A stretch of 60,257 nt of DNA from Acidimicrobiia bacterium. GTDB lineage: Bacteria; Actinomycetota; Acidimicrobiia; IMCC26256; DASPTH01. The stretch spans positions 1 through 60,257 of the forward strand of contig DATBBL010000184.1 of NCBI GenBank assembly GCA_036271015.1. Reading direction: 5' to 3'. Numbering within the stretch: the first letter of the stretch is position 1; each line of letters opens with the position of its first letter. The position numbers were made by a program, and so were the translations under genes. Positions 17,493 through 26,470 of this stretch are shown here, piece after piece. The notes beneath the pieces were generated by a model. It was not told the DNA's origin and ran no database searches. It was given only the letters and a program-made list of their open reading frames with translations.

Positions 17493-19496
17493 ATGCAGAT
17501 CACGATCACGCTGCCCGACGGTTCGACGCGTGACTACGAGCAGGGTGTCACCGCCGGCGAGGTCGCCGCGTCCATCGGCCGCGGGCTGGCCAAGGCCGCG
17601 CTGGCGGCGAAGGTCACCGAGGACGGCGGCGAGGCCGAGTGGTACGACCTGTCGCGCCCGATCGAGCACGACGCCGCCCTCGCCGTCGTCACCCCCGACA
17701 CCTCGGAAGGCAGGGAGGTGCTGCGGCACTCGACCGCGCACGTGATGGCGCAGGCCGTCACCGACCTCTTCCCCGGAGCGAAGTACGCCATCGGTCCCGC
17801 GATCGAAGACGGCTTCTACTACGACTTCGAGCTCCCGGACGGCGCGCACTTCAGCGACGACGACCTCGGGCGCATCGAGGCGCGCATGCGCGAGATCGTG
17901 CAGGAGGACGAGCCGTTCCTGCGGGAGGAGCTCGACCGCGAGCACGCCATCGCCACCTTCGCCGACCAGCCCTACAAGGTCGAGATCATCGAGCGGGTCG
18001 ACCCCGCCGACGCGGCGGAGATCGGCACCGGCACCACGATCTCCGTCTACCGGAACCCACGCGCCGCCACGTCGGAGTTCGGGCGCGACGAGTTCGTCGA
18101 CCTGTGCCGCGGCCCCCATGTACCGTCCACCAAGCGGCTCGGCGCGTTCAAGCTCACCAAGGTCGCCGGTGCCTACTGGCGGGGCGACGAGAAGCGCCCG
18201 ATGCTGCAACGCATCTACGGCACCGCGTGGGAGTCGAAGGACGCGCTCGAGGAGCACCTGCATCGCCTGGAAGAAGCCGAGAAGCGCGACCACCGGAAGC
18301 TCGGGGCCGAGCTCGACCTCTTCTCGTTCCCCGACGAGATCGGCCCGGGCCTGGCGGTGTTCCACCCCAAGGGCGGGACCATCCGCCGGGTGATGGAGGA
18401 CTACTCGCGCCGCCGGCACGAGGATGCGGGGTACGAGTTCGTCAACTCGCCGCACATCACCAAGTCGCACCTGTTCGAGATCTCCGGGCACCTCGACTGG
18501 TTCGCCGAAGCCATGTACCCGCCGATGGAGCTCGACGGCGGCACCGACTACTACCTGAAGCCCATGAACTGCCCGTTTCACATCCTGATCTACCGCAGCC
18601 GCATGCGCTCGTACCGGGAGCTGCCGCTGCGCCTGTTCGAGTTCGGCACCGTCTACCGCCACGAGAAGTCGGGCGTGGTCCACGGGCTCACCCGCGTGCG
18701 CGGCATGACGCAGGACGACGCCCACATCTTCTGCACGCGCGAGCAGATCGTCCCCGAGCTGCAGCGCGCGCTCGAGTTCGTCATCAGCGTGCTGCGCGAC
18801 TACGGCCTCGACGACTTCTACCTCGAGCTGTCGACCAAGCCCGAGGGCAAGGCGGTTGGCAGCGACGAGGAGTGGGAGGAGGCCACGAGCGCGTTGCGCA
18901 CCGTCGCCGAGGCCGACGACCTCGCGCTGGTGATGGACGAGGGCGGCGGCGCGTTCTACGGCCCCAAGATCTCGGTCCAGGCCAAGGACGCCATCGGCCG
19001 CACGTGGCAGATGTCGACGATCCAGCTCGACCTCCAGCTGCCGCAGCGCTTCGAGCTCGAGTACGTCGGCGCCGACAACGAGCGTCACCGCCCGGTCATG
19101 ATCCACCGGGCGCTCTTCGGCACCATCGAGCGCTTCTTCGCCATCCTCACCGAGCACTACGCCGGTGCGTTCCCCGCCTGGCTCGCGCCGGTGCAGGCGA
19201 CCGTCCTGCCCGTCGCCGACCGCCACGAGGAGTACGCCCGCGAGGTCGCGGCGCGCCTCCGTGCCGACGGCCGCCGCGTCGAGCTGGTCGACGCGCACTC
19301 CGACTCTCTCGGGTCGCGCATCCGGCGGGCGAAGCTGGAGAAGGTCCCGTACGTGCTCGTCGTCGGCGACGACGACGTCGAGCACCACACCGTCGGGGTG
19401 AACCGTCGGGGAGGTGACGCGCCCGACCGGGGCGTCGCGGTCGACGACTTCGTGGCGCGTCTCGCCCTCGACGTCGACACCCGAGCCGTGGCATGA
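17493..19496 (+). CDS. thrS: Threonine--tRNA ligase
   Basis: N-terminal TGS domain ([11 protein letters not shown]), editing domain ([11 protein letters not shown]), class II core (FRHEKSG, GTIERF) and C-terminal anticodon-binding domain. Confidence 0.95.
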   Translation: MQITITLPDGSTRDYEQGVTAGEVAASIGRGLAKAALAAKVTEDGGEAEWYDLSRPIEHDAALAVVTPDTSEGREVLRHSTAHVMAQAVTDLFPGAKYAIGPAIEDGFYYDFELPDGAHFSDDDLGRIEARMREIVQEDEPFLREELDREHAIATFADQPYKVEIIERVDPADAAEIGTGTTISVYRNPRAATSEFGRDEFVDLCRGPHVPSTKRLGAFKLTKVAGAYWRGDEKRPMLQRIYGTAWESKDALEEHLHRLEEAEKRDHRKLGAELDLFSFPDEIGPGLAVFHPKGGTIRRVMEDYSRRRHEDAGYEFVNSPHITKSHLFEISGHLDWFAEAMYPPMELDGGTDYYLKPMNCPFHILIYRSRMRSYRELPLRLFEFGTVYRHEKSGVVHGLTRVRGMTQDDAHIFCTREQIVPELQRALEFVISVLRDYGLDDFYLELSTKPEGKAVGSDEEWEEATSALRTVAEADDLALVMDEGGGAFYGPKISVQAKDAIGRTWQMSTIQLDLQLPQRFELEYVGADNERHRPVMIHRALFGTIERFFAILTEHYAGAFPAWLAPVQATVLPVADRHEEYAREVAARLRADGRRVELVDAHSDSLGSRIRRAKLEKVPYVLVVGDDDVEHHTVGVNRRGGDAPDRGVAVDDFVARLALDVDTRAVA

Positions 19497-19530
19497 GCGT
19501 GAGCGAGCCGGGTGTCCCGGCGAGTAGCGA

Positions 19531-20082
19531 ATGCCCAATGGTGGTGGCATGAGCGTGAGCGCGCGTACGAGCGGGACCGGGGGCCTCGATCGTCTCTGGG
19601 CGGGGTGGCGCACCACGTACATCGACGGGGTCGCGACCCAGGAACCGTCAGACGATCCCGCGGAGTGCCTCTTCGAACGGCTCGCCGCCGCGCCCGCCGC
19701 GGAGTCGCTCGTGCTGGCGCGCAACGAGCATGCCTTCGCGGTCATGAACGCGTACCCGTACACGTCGGGCCACCTCATGGTCGCACCGCTGCGCCACGAG
19801 TCGACCCTCGCCGACCTCACCCGCGACGAGGCGGCCGCGGTGATGGCCCTGGTGCAGGACGCCAATGTCGCGGTGATGGCGGCGTACCGTCCGGACGGCA
19901 TCAACGTCGGCGCCAACATCGGCCGCGCCGCCGGCGCGGGCGTCCCGGGTCACGTACACATGCACGTCCTGCCGCGCTGGGCCGGCGACACCAACTTCAT
20001 GACCGCGGTCGCCGAGGCCCGGGTCCTCCCTGAACCCCTCAGCACGAGCTACGAGAAGCTGCGCGCCGAGTGGCCGCGCTGA
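19531..20082 (+). CDS. HIT-family nucleotide hydrolase/phosphorylase (Ap4A phosphorylase-like)
   Basis: Histidine triad GHVHMHVLPRW. Position directly after thrS as in mycobacteria. Confidence 0.85.
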   Translation: MPNGGGMSVSARTSGTGGLDRLWAGWRTTYIDGVATQEPSDDPAECLFERLAAAPAAESLVLARNEHAFAVMNAYPYTSGHLMVAPLRHESTLADLTRDEAAAVMALVQDANVAVMAAYRPDGINVGANIGRAAGAGVPGHVHMHVLPRWAGDTNFMTAVAEARVLPEPLSTSYEKLRAEWPR

Positions 20083-20645
20083 GCGACGGGGCAGGTACCG
20101 TCTTGGCGATGCCGGACGACGACGCGCTCCCGATCCCCGGCGGTCCCGGGGCGGACGACGAGGGAGACGAGCTCCCCGAGGACCTCGACGTCACCGCCTA
20201 CGTCGGTCCGTACCTCTTCCCGACCATGGAGCGCCGGCGCATCCCGGCGACGATGTACCTCGTGCTCGCCGTGCTCTGCCTGCTCGGCTGGCTCCAGTCG
20301 AGCAACGGCGGTCTCCTCGGCGCGGCGATCTTCCTCGGCCTCGTGGCCGCGTACCACTACGCGTGCGCCTGGCCGCTGACCATCGACCAGACCGAGGCGT
20401 TGCTGATCGCCTCCCGCACCGTCGGCTTCGCGGTCGGTCACTCGAGCGCGCAGCTGGCCTGGCACGGCCTGCGGGCACGACCCGTCTGGCGCATCCTCCT
20501 CTACAGCGCGGAGTCACCCCCGGCGATGCGCGGCCTGGTGCAGATCGATGCGGTCGACGGCAGCGTGATGGGGGAGTACACCGAACCGAACCCCGAGGAC
20601 TGGTCGAAGTACGGCCTCGACGAGACCGCAGGTCGAGCACCGTAA
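20070..20645 (+). CDS. Hypothetical membrane protein (two TM helices, acidic N-terminus)
   Basis: High third-position GC throughout; the hydrophobic pair is MYLVLAVLCLLGWL / LLGAAIFLGLVAAY. Start is GTG 20070 (overlaps the HIT stop by 13 nt) or ATG 20109. Confidence 0.6.
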   Translation: MAALSDGAGTVLAMPDDDALPIPGGPGADDEGDELPEDLDVTAYVGPYLFPTMERRRIPATMYLVLAVLCLLGWLQSSNGGLLGAAIFLGLVAAYHYACAWPLTIDQTEALLIASRTVGFAVGHSSAQLAWHGLRARPVWRILLYSAESPPAMRGLVQIDAVDGSVMGEYTEPNPEDWSKYGLDETAGRAP

Positions 20646-20666
20646 CGTCGTCGTCGGCGTCGCGAG

Positions 20667-20689
20667 CCGGGCCGCGCCCCACGGCCCGG
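20667..20689. terminator. GC-rich hairpin between convergent genes (candidate bidirectional terminator)
   Basis: CCGGGCC-N9-GGCCCGG is a perfect 7-bp stem. There is no U tract. Confidence 0.3.
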
Positions 20690-20728
20690 GCCCACGCCGC
20701 CGAGGTACCGGCTCGGGTCCGAATCGGC

Positions 20729-21232
20729 TCAGCCGGTGAACTGCGGTGACACGTTGGTGACCGCGACCGCCGGTGCGGCCGCGGCCGGCGGGCTGACGAC
20801 CGCCGCCGGCGACACCACGACGGCCGGCGACACCTGCGGTGTCGTGGTCGTGGGCGGCGCCTCACCGCACGTCAGGTCGACCGGGCCGATCGCACCCTCA
20901 TGGGTGGGATGGGTGGCCCAGGTGACATCGGCGCTGACGGTGCCCGCGGTGCCGTTGAATCCGCTCGTCAGGCTCGAGATGTCGACGGTTGCGGTCCCGT
21001 CGGGAACCGCATCTGCGCTCGCGACCAGGTCGTGGGTCACCCCGTTCACGGTGACGTGGAACGTGATCGGCAAGTCCGCCTCGGCGAACGACTGGTACTC
21101 GGCCGACGCCGTGGAGCACGTCAGCGTCACCGCCGTGCCCGGCGCCAGGTGGTTGGCTCCCGCGGTCCCGACCAGGAGGAAGCTGGCGAACGCCAGCACC
21201 CCGATCGCGGCCGCGCCTCTGACGTACTTCAT
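20729..21232 (-). CDS. Hypothetical secreted protein (signal peptide, single disulfide-bracketed beta domain, Pro/Val/Ala tail)
   Basis: ATG 21232 is preceded by GGGAGGCAGG. The signal peptide is MKYVRGAAAIGVLAFASFLLVGTAGA. Two Cys residues (TLTCS, DLTCG) bracket about 100 aa. Confidence 0.65.
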   Translation of the reverse strand: MKYVRGAAAIGVLAFASFLLVGTAGANHLAPGTAVTLTCSTASAEYQSFAEADLPITFHVTVNGVTHDLVASADAVPDGTATVDISSLTSGFNGTAGTVSADVTWATHPTHEGAIGPVDLTCGEAPPTTTTPQVSPAVVVSPAAVVSPPAAAAPAVAVTNVSPQFTG

Positions 21233-21294
21233 CGGTCCTGCCTCCCTTGGATCGTCTGGATCGTCGTCTGGGGACTCACCGGCGTCCTGGACCC

Positions 21295-21307
21295 GTGGCA
21301 TTGCCAC
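21295..21307. promoter_or_regulatory. Perfect 13-bp palindrome GTGGCA-T-TGCCAC in divergent intergenic region
   Basis: Read directly. It lies between the secreted-protein gene (-) and the thioester adhesin gene (+). Confidence 0.35.
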
Positions 21308-21529
21308 GGTCAGTGACCAGATTGCCGCCGAGCCTTCTCACGTATAGCGCGAAAGCCGCCCCGGCTCTCGTCACCCACCACGTTCACCGCGCTCTGCGTG
21401 GCAAACGCTCCCAAGGTACAGCCTACACGGTCACGGAGAGTGGTGTCCACCGGCACCACGGAGCTCGCGCCGGTTCGACGAACGAGGGTCGGCCCACCGC
21501 GGATGGTGGCGCGGAGTTCACCGTCGGTG

Positions 21530-21545
21530 TACGGTCCGCTCGGTG
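21530..21545 (+). promoter_or_regulatory. Candidate -10 (TACGGT) + 7 nt + GTG: leaderless start of adhesin gene
   Basis: The TANNNT hexamer spacing matches leaderless promoters common in Actinomycetota. No SD is present. Confidence 0.4.
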
Positions 21546-23033
21546 CTTCGACGTTGCGTGGCTGCCGCGGTGGCGATCACTGCGGTGCTCGTCCTGGGGG
21601 CGTCCGCCGGCTGGGCGCTGTTCACCCCGGGCCCGCCGCCTCCGGGCGGCCCGCGCGGCGGTACGTCGAGCGAGATGCTCATGTCCGGGACCGGGTCCGG
21701 TGGTGGTGTCGACGGCTTCATCGGTCCGACGGGCAGCATCTCGGATCCGACGGTGCCGTATCCGTCGGCGCCGCCTGCCGGTTTCACGTCGCACCCGGAA
21801 GGCTTCGCCGGGATCATCTTCGGGACGCCTACAGGCGGGGGTGCGACGCTCAGCCTGTACTGCATCGACATCTTGACCCTCACCTACGGCGGGGTCGGGT
21901 ACAACCTCGGGACTTGGGACGCGTCGAACGTCCACAACGTGGGGTTCGTCGCCTATCTCTTGAACCACTACTTCCCCAACGTTCCGACCGCGCCCGCGGG
22001 ACTCGGGAGCGACAATGAGCGCGCCGCCGCGGTCCAGGCGTCGATCTGGTACTTCAGCGACAACTACGTGCTGTCCACGACCGATCCGCTGCGTCCGGCG
22101 GTGACCGCGATCGTCGAGGACGCGCGGACGAACGGGCCGCTGGTGCAGCCTCCGCCGCCGAGCCTGCAGATCGCACCGGCGACGGCGACGGGTCCGATCG
22201 GAGCCCCGCTCGGGCCGTACACGGTCACCAGCCCCCAGGCGCCGGCGGTGGTCAGCTCGACCGCCGACATGTTCGCGGATGCGGCCGGGACGATCCCGAT
22301 TCTGGACGGTGCCACCGTTCCGGACGATACGCAGATCTGGCTCGAACAGGCGGCGATCGGTGGGGCGACGCTGTCCGCCAAAGCTTCCGCGGTGGTGCCG
22401 TCGGGCAACGTGTACCTCTACAGCGGAAATCTGGTGAACGTCAACGACGCCCAGCGGCTGATCCTCGCCCAGAGCACCACGGTGACCACCACCGTGTCGG
22501 CCGACGCGCAGTTCGTCGACACCGGTGCGCTCGTCGCCACCAAGACCATCGCCGGTCCCGGCGCCGGTTCCCATGGCGACGTGACGATCGGGGTCACCTG
22601 CAACGGGACCGCGCTCGCCGACTTCGTCGTCCCGACGGGCGCGACCGGGACGCTCACCCATACCTACGACAACATCCCGACGCCGGCGACGTGCACCATC
22701 ACCGAGAACGCCGACGGCGCCAACGCGTCGGTCACCGTCGTGACGGACAACGGGTCCCAGACCGTCGACATCCCGACCGACGAGACCGCCGACAACCCGG
22801 TCGACGCCGAACCGATCACCAACACCTACGACCTGGTTCCCGTCGTTCCCGTCGCCCCGACGGTCCCGTCCGAAGCCGCCGCCGCGGCGGCCGTCACGAC
22901 CGGGGCGCCAAGTGCGGAAGGCGTCCTCGCGTTCACGGGCGACAACAACCGCCCGACGCTCCTCGCCGCCCTCGCGGCACTCCTCGTCGGCGCTCTCCTC
23001 GTCGTCATGGCCCGAGCCGGCCGCACCCGATAG
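21543..23033 (+). CDS. Thioester-domain (TQXA-type) surface adhesin with DUF5979-like domain and LAFTG sortase signal
   Basis: Signal peptide, then LYCID (Cys107, nt 21861) and AVQASIW (Gln165, nt 22035), which match the [YFL]CI[ED] / TQxA[IV]W thioester pair. A Cys-bracketed beta domain follows (VTCNG...TCTITE). The C-terminus is LAFTG (22926-22940) + hydrophobic helix + RAGRTR. Confidence 0.8.
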   Translation: MLRRCVAAAVAITAVLVLGASAGWALFTPGPPPPGGPRGGTSSEMLMSGTGSGGGVDGFIGPTGSISDPTVPYPSAPPAGFTSHPEGFAGIIFGTPTGGGATLSLYCIDILTLTYGGVGYNLGTWDASNVHNVGFVAYLLNHYFPNVPTAPAGLGSDNERAAAVQASIWYFSDNYVLSTTDPLRPAVTAIVEDARTNGPLVQPPPPSLQIAPATATGPIGAPLGPYTVTSPQAPAVVSSTADMFADAAGTIPILDGATVPDDTQIWLEQAAIGGATLSAKASAVVPSGNVYLYSGNLVNVNDAQRLILAQSTTVTTTVSADAQFVDTGALVATKTIAGPGAGSHGDVTIGVTCNGTALADFVVPTGATGTLTHTYDNIPTPATCTITENADGANASVTVVTDNGSQTVDIPTDETADNPVDAEPITNTYDLVPVVPVAPTVPSEAAAAAAVTTGAPSAEGVLAFTGDNNRPTLLAALAALLVGALLVVMARAGRTR

Positions 23034-23042
23034 GGAGCGAGG

Positions 23043-23091
23043 CGTCGCCGGATGCGACGAAGCCCCGGCCAGCGCGGGGCAGTAGCCGGGG
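23043..23091 (+). terminator. Two GC-rich hairpins after the adhesin gene (candidate terminator)
   Basis: CGTCGC-N5-GCGACG (23043-23059) and GCCCCG-N7-CGGGGC (23062-23080). No U tract. Confidence 0.3.
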
Positions 23092-23375
23092 CCTCAGCGT
23101 CGCGTGGAGGTGAGCGCAGTGTCGGCTCCCGGTGCCCGCGCGTCAACCCAAAAAATCGGGCCGCGCCGCTCGCCCAGCATCCGCGCCTGGACGGGCGCGG
23201 TGCGCGAGCATCCTGCGAGTGGGGCGGGCACCTCACCGGGGGGTTCGGATGCCTGCGAGTCTCGTGCGAGGGATGTGTGTGGCGCTGCTGTTCGACGCCC
23301 TCCTCGCCGCCGCCGTCTACCTGACCGGGAGCGCGGCCGGGCTCTGGTGAGCCCACCCGCCGGGTGCGGCGGCGG

Positions 23376-24053
23376 TCAGAAGATCGGGAGCAACGGCGGC
23401 AGGACCGGGGGCAGGATCGGCTTCGGCTGGGTCGTCGTCGTCGGCGCGGTCGTGGTCGGGGCTGCGGTGGTCGGGGGTGCCGTGGTCGGCGCCGGCTTCG
23501 TGGTGGTCGGCGCGGCGGTGGTCGGGGGTGCCGTGGTCGGCGGCGGCTTGGTGGTGGTGGGCGCGGCGGTGGTGGGCGCCGGCTTGGTGGTGGTGGGCGC
23601 GGCCGTGGTGGGCGCCGGCTTGGTCGTGGTCGGGTCCGGCTTGGTGGTGGGCGGGCTCGTCCGGGTGGTCCCCGGCGGCGAGGTGGCGACGGCAGGGGCC
23701 GGCTTGGCGCCCGACGGCGCGGTCCCGGCCGAGACGCTGGGCGCGGCCAGAATGCCGAAGAGGCTGGGGGCGACCCTCCGACGGGTGGTGGTGGCGGTCG
23801 GCTTCGGGGCGGTGGTGCCCTTCGGGGCGGTGGGCGAGGTGGCCACCTCGCCCTTCACCTCGATGGGGGGCTGGGGAAGGGTCCCGGGCGTCGTCGAGCT
23901 CGTCGTGGTGTGGTGCGGCCGGGTCGTCGCGGGGCCGAGCCCGCTCTGGATCGACGGGTTCGAGGCCGGTTGCGAGGCGTAGACCAGGATGACGGCCGCC
24001 CCGACGGCCAGGAACGCGAAGAACGCGAGGACCACGATTCGTCGTTCGGTCAC
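23376..24053 (-). CDS. Membrane-anchored Pro/Thr-rich repeat protein
   Basis: GTG 24053 lies 5 nt after GGGAGGGG. An N-terminal anchor (RRIVVLAFFAFLAVGAAVILVY) is followed by TTKPAPTTAAPTT repeats. The opposite strand (Gly/Val-rich) also has high GC3, so the strand call rests on the SD, the anchor and the non-repeat part. Confidence 0.6.
   Translation of the reverse strand: MTERRIVVLAFFAFLAVGAAVILVYASQPASNPSIQSGLGPATTRPHHTTTSSTTPGTLPQPPIEVKGEVATSPTAPKGTTAPKPTATTTRRRVAPSLFGILAAPSVSAGTAPSGAKPAPAVATSPPGTTRTSPPTTKPDPTTTKPAPTTAAPTTTKPAPTTAAPTTTKPPPTTAPPTTAAPTTTKPAPTTAPPTTAAPTTTAPTTTTQPKPILPPVLPPLLPIF
23464..23650 (-). repeat. Degenerate tandem coding repeats (units of 51, 51, 36, 36 bp)
   Basis: gcggtggtcgggggtgccgtggtcggcg recurs at 23464 and 23515. 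A 36-bp unit ending ggcttggtggtggtgggcgcg occupies 23566-23601 and recurs with four substitutions at 23602-23637. Confidence 0.8.
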
Positions 24054-24246
24054 TGGTTCCCCTCCCGAAGAGGTGCTCGCGCCTCCCCCGACTGCCCAGG
24101 TCGTCGGCGCTGCCCGTGGCGCCGTGGGGAGGTGCAGGTGACTGCGGACCCGCCTTGGCACCCATCATGCCCCGGCGCCCGGGCCCCAAGCCACCCCGGG
24201 TTCGGAAACACCCCTCGGGGTGGCCACCCCGGTGGGGGGACCGGGA

Positions 24247-24321
24247 CCGCAAAATGGCCCGCCGCGCAGGCGGAGGCAGGGAGGGGCAGGGCTCCCGTCA
24301 TCGACGCCCGCGCCTGCGGGC
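24247..24321 (-). terminator. Hairpins downstream of the EF-G-like gene, one followed by UUUU
   Basis: On the minus strand: GCCCGC-aggc-GCGGGC (24306-24321), and CCGCC-tgcgc-GGCGG followed by gccaTTTTg (24247-24273). Confidence 0.3.
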
Positions 24322-24361
24322 CGAGGTCAAGAACCTCCCGGCGCGCCCGCGTATTCCCAGG

Positions 24362-26383
24362 TCAGCCGGTGGTCGTGGTGGCCCGCACCTTCTCGACCAG
24401 ATGTGTCGGCATCGGGTCGTAGTGCGAGTGCGACGCGGTGAAGCGACCCCGGCCCCCGGTCATCGACCGGAGGTCGATGGTGTAGCGCAGCACCTCGGAG
24501 GTGGGCACCAGCGCCACCACCTCGACCTCGCCGTTGCCGACCGCGGCCGAGCCCTGGATGCGCCCCCGCTTCGAATTCAGGTCGCCCATGATGTCGCCCT
24601 GGTGGGCCTCGGGCGCGGTGACGACGAGCTCGCTGATCGGCTCCAGCAGGATCGGGTCGGCCTTCGCCATCGCCTCCTTGAAGCCGATCGAGCCCGCCAT
24701 CTTGAAGCTCATCTCCGATGAGTCCACGGAGTGGTACTTGCCGTCGAAGCACGTCACCTTCACGTCGACGACCGGATAGCCGTAGACGCCGCCCTGCTCC
24801 ATCGTCTCGTGGACGCCCTTCTCCACCGCGGGGATGAACTGGCGGGGGATGGCGCCCCCCACGATCTGGTCGACGAACTCGAAGCCGGCGCCGCGCTCGA
24901 GTGGTTCGACCCGCAGGAACGCGATCCCGAACTGGCCGTGACCGCCCGTCTGCTTCTTGTACTTGCCTTCGGCCTCGGCCTCGTGGGTGATCGTCTCGCG
25001 GTACGCGACCTTCACCTCTTCGGTCTCGACCTCGACGCCGAGCTTGCGGTGCAGGCGTTCCTGCGCGATGCCGAGGTGGGTCTCGCCCTGCCCCCACAGC
25101 AGCGTCTGGTGGGTCTCGGCGTTGCGGTCGAGGCGGAGCGCGGGGTCCTCGTCGAGCAGGCGGTGCAACGCGTTGGCGAGCTTGTCCTCGTCGCTCTTCG
25201 ACTTGGCCCGGATCGCGATCGCGAGCACCGGTGCCGGCGGTTCGAACGGGTCGACGTCGACCTCGGCGCCGCGCGCACCGAGCACGTCGCCGGTGGTCGT
25301 GTCGGCGAGCTTGGCGACGGCGGCGATGTCGCCCGTCGGCACCTCGGAGATCGGTTCCTGCTCCTTGCCGCGCATCACCGAGAGCTGGTGCAGCCGCTCG
25401 TCGTGCATCGTGCGGCCGTTCACCAGCGCGGCATCGGTCTTCACCGTGCCCTGCAGCACCTTGAACAGGTTCACATGGCCGACGTACGGGTCGACGATGG
25501 TCTTGAACACGAACGCGACCGGTGGACCGTCGCCCGCCGCGGGCTTGGGCGCGGGGCCCTCCTCGGTGATGAACGACGCCAACCGGTCGACCCCGATCAG
25601 CTTGGTCGCGCTGCCGCACAGGACCGGGAACACCGCGCCCGACGCGACCCCGTCGGCCAGCGCGTGCGCGAGCTCGGCGGTGGGGATCGTCTCGTCGGCC
25701 AGGTACCGCTCCATGAGGTCGTCGTCGCCGACGACGATCCCCTCGATGAGCGCGTCGTGGATCGAGTGCTCCTCCATCTCCATCTCGGGCGGGATCGGGC
25801 CCTCGGTCGCCTTGCCGTCGACGTAGTGCACCGCGTGGTCGTCGAGCAGCTCGACGACGCCGTGGAACGCGGCTTCGTCGCCGATGGGCAGCTGCAACGG
25901 TGCGACGCCGGCACCGAACTTGTCCTTGAGCTCGTCGAGCGTCCGCGAGAACGACGAGCGCTCGCGGTCGAGCTTGTTGACGAACACCGCGCGCGGCAGC
26001 CCGAGCTGCTCGGCCATGCGCCACACGATCTCGGTCTGCACCTCGACGCCCTCGACCGCCGACACCACGAACACCGCCAGGTCGGCGGCGCGCAGCGCGG
26101 CGGCGACGTCGCTCACGAAGTCGGCGTAGCCGGGCGTGTCGATCAGGTTGACCTTGTGGCCGTCGTGCTCGAACGGCGCCAGCGCGAGCGACACCGAGAT
26201 GCTGCGCCGCGCCTCTTCGGGATCGAAGTCGGTGGTGGTGCTGCCGTCCTCCACCTTCCCGAGACGGGGGATCGCCCCGGCGGTGAAGAGGAGGGCCTCG
26301 GCGAGAGAGGTCTTGCCCGAACCGCCGTGGCCGACCAGGGCCACGTTGCGGATCTTCTCCGTCGGGAACGTCTTCGCCGCCAC
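24362..26383 (-). CDS. Elongation factor G paralogue (EF-G2-like translational GTPase)
   Basis: G1 GHGGSGKT, G3 DTPGYADF and G4 NKLD, followed by EF-G domains II-V. GTG 26383 (VAAKTFPTEKIRNVALVGH) is the likely start; the 118-aa upstream extension in the track ORF is spurious. Confidence 0.85.
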   Translation of the reverse strand: MAAKTFPTEKIRNVALVGHGGSGKTSLAEALLFTAGAIPRLGKVEDGSTTTDFDPEEARRSISVSLALAPFEHDGHKVNLIDTPGYADFVSDVAAALRAADLAVFVVSAVEGVEVQTEIVWRMAEQLGLPRAVFVNKLDRERSSFSRTLDELKDKFGAGVAPLQLPIGDEAAFHGVVELLDDHAVHYVDGKATEGPIPPEMEMEEHSIHDALIEGIVVGDDDLMERYLADETIPTAELAHALADGVASGAVFPVLCGSATKLIGVDRLASFITEEGPAPKPAAGDGPPVAFVFKTIVDPYVGHVNLFKVLQGTVKTDAALVNGRTMHDERLHQLSVMRGKEQEPISEVPTGDIAAVAKLADTTTGDVLGARGAEVDVDPFEPPAPVLAIAIRAKSKSDEDKLANALHRLLDEDPALRLDRNAETHQTLLWGQGETHLGIAQERLHRKLGVEVETEEVKVAYRETITHEAEAEGKYKKQTGGHGQFGIAFLRVEPLERGAGFEFVDQIVGGAIPRQFIPAVEKGVHETMEQGGVYGYPVVDVKVTCFDGKYHSVDSSEMSFKMAGSIGFKEAMAKADPILLEPISELVVTAPEAHQGDIMGDLNSKRGRIQGSAAVGNGEVEVVALVPTSEVLRYTIDLRSMTGGRGRFTASHSHYDPMPTHLVEKVRATTTTG

Positions 26384-26470
26384 CGGCACCCCCCGAAATT
26401 CGCAGGCTTTTTCGCAGTCTACGCAGCCCCGTCGGAACGCCGCCGGGGCGGGCACCGGGCGCCGGGAGCT

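Noticed and set aside
23104-23982. Plus-strand 292-aa Gly/Val-rich ORF opposite the Pro/Thr-repeat gene
   Set aside because: Its N-terminal third is Arg/Pro-rich non-protein-like sequence with no start signal. The minus-strand frame has a strong SD, a membrane anchor and a coherent non-repeat region. Both frames have high GC3 over the repeats, so this rejection is not absolute.
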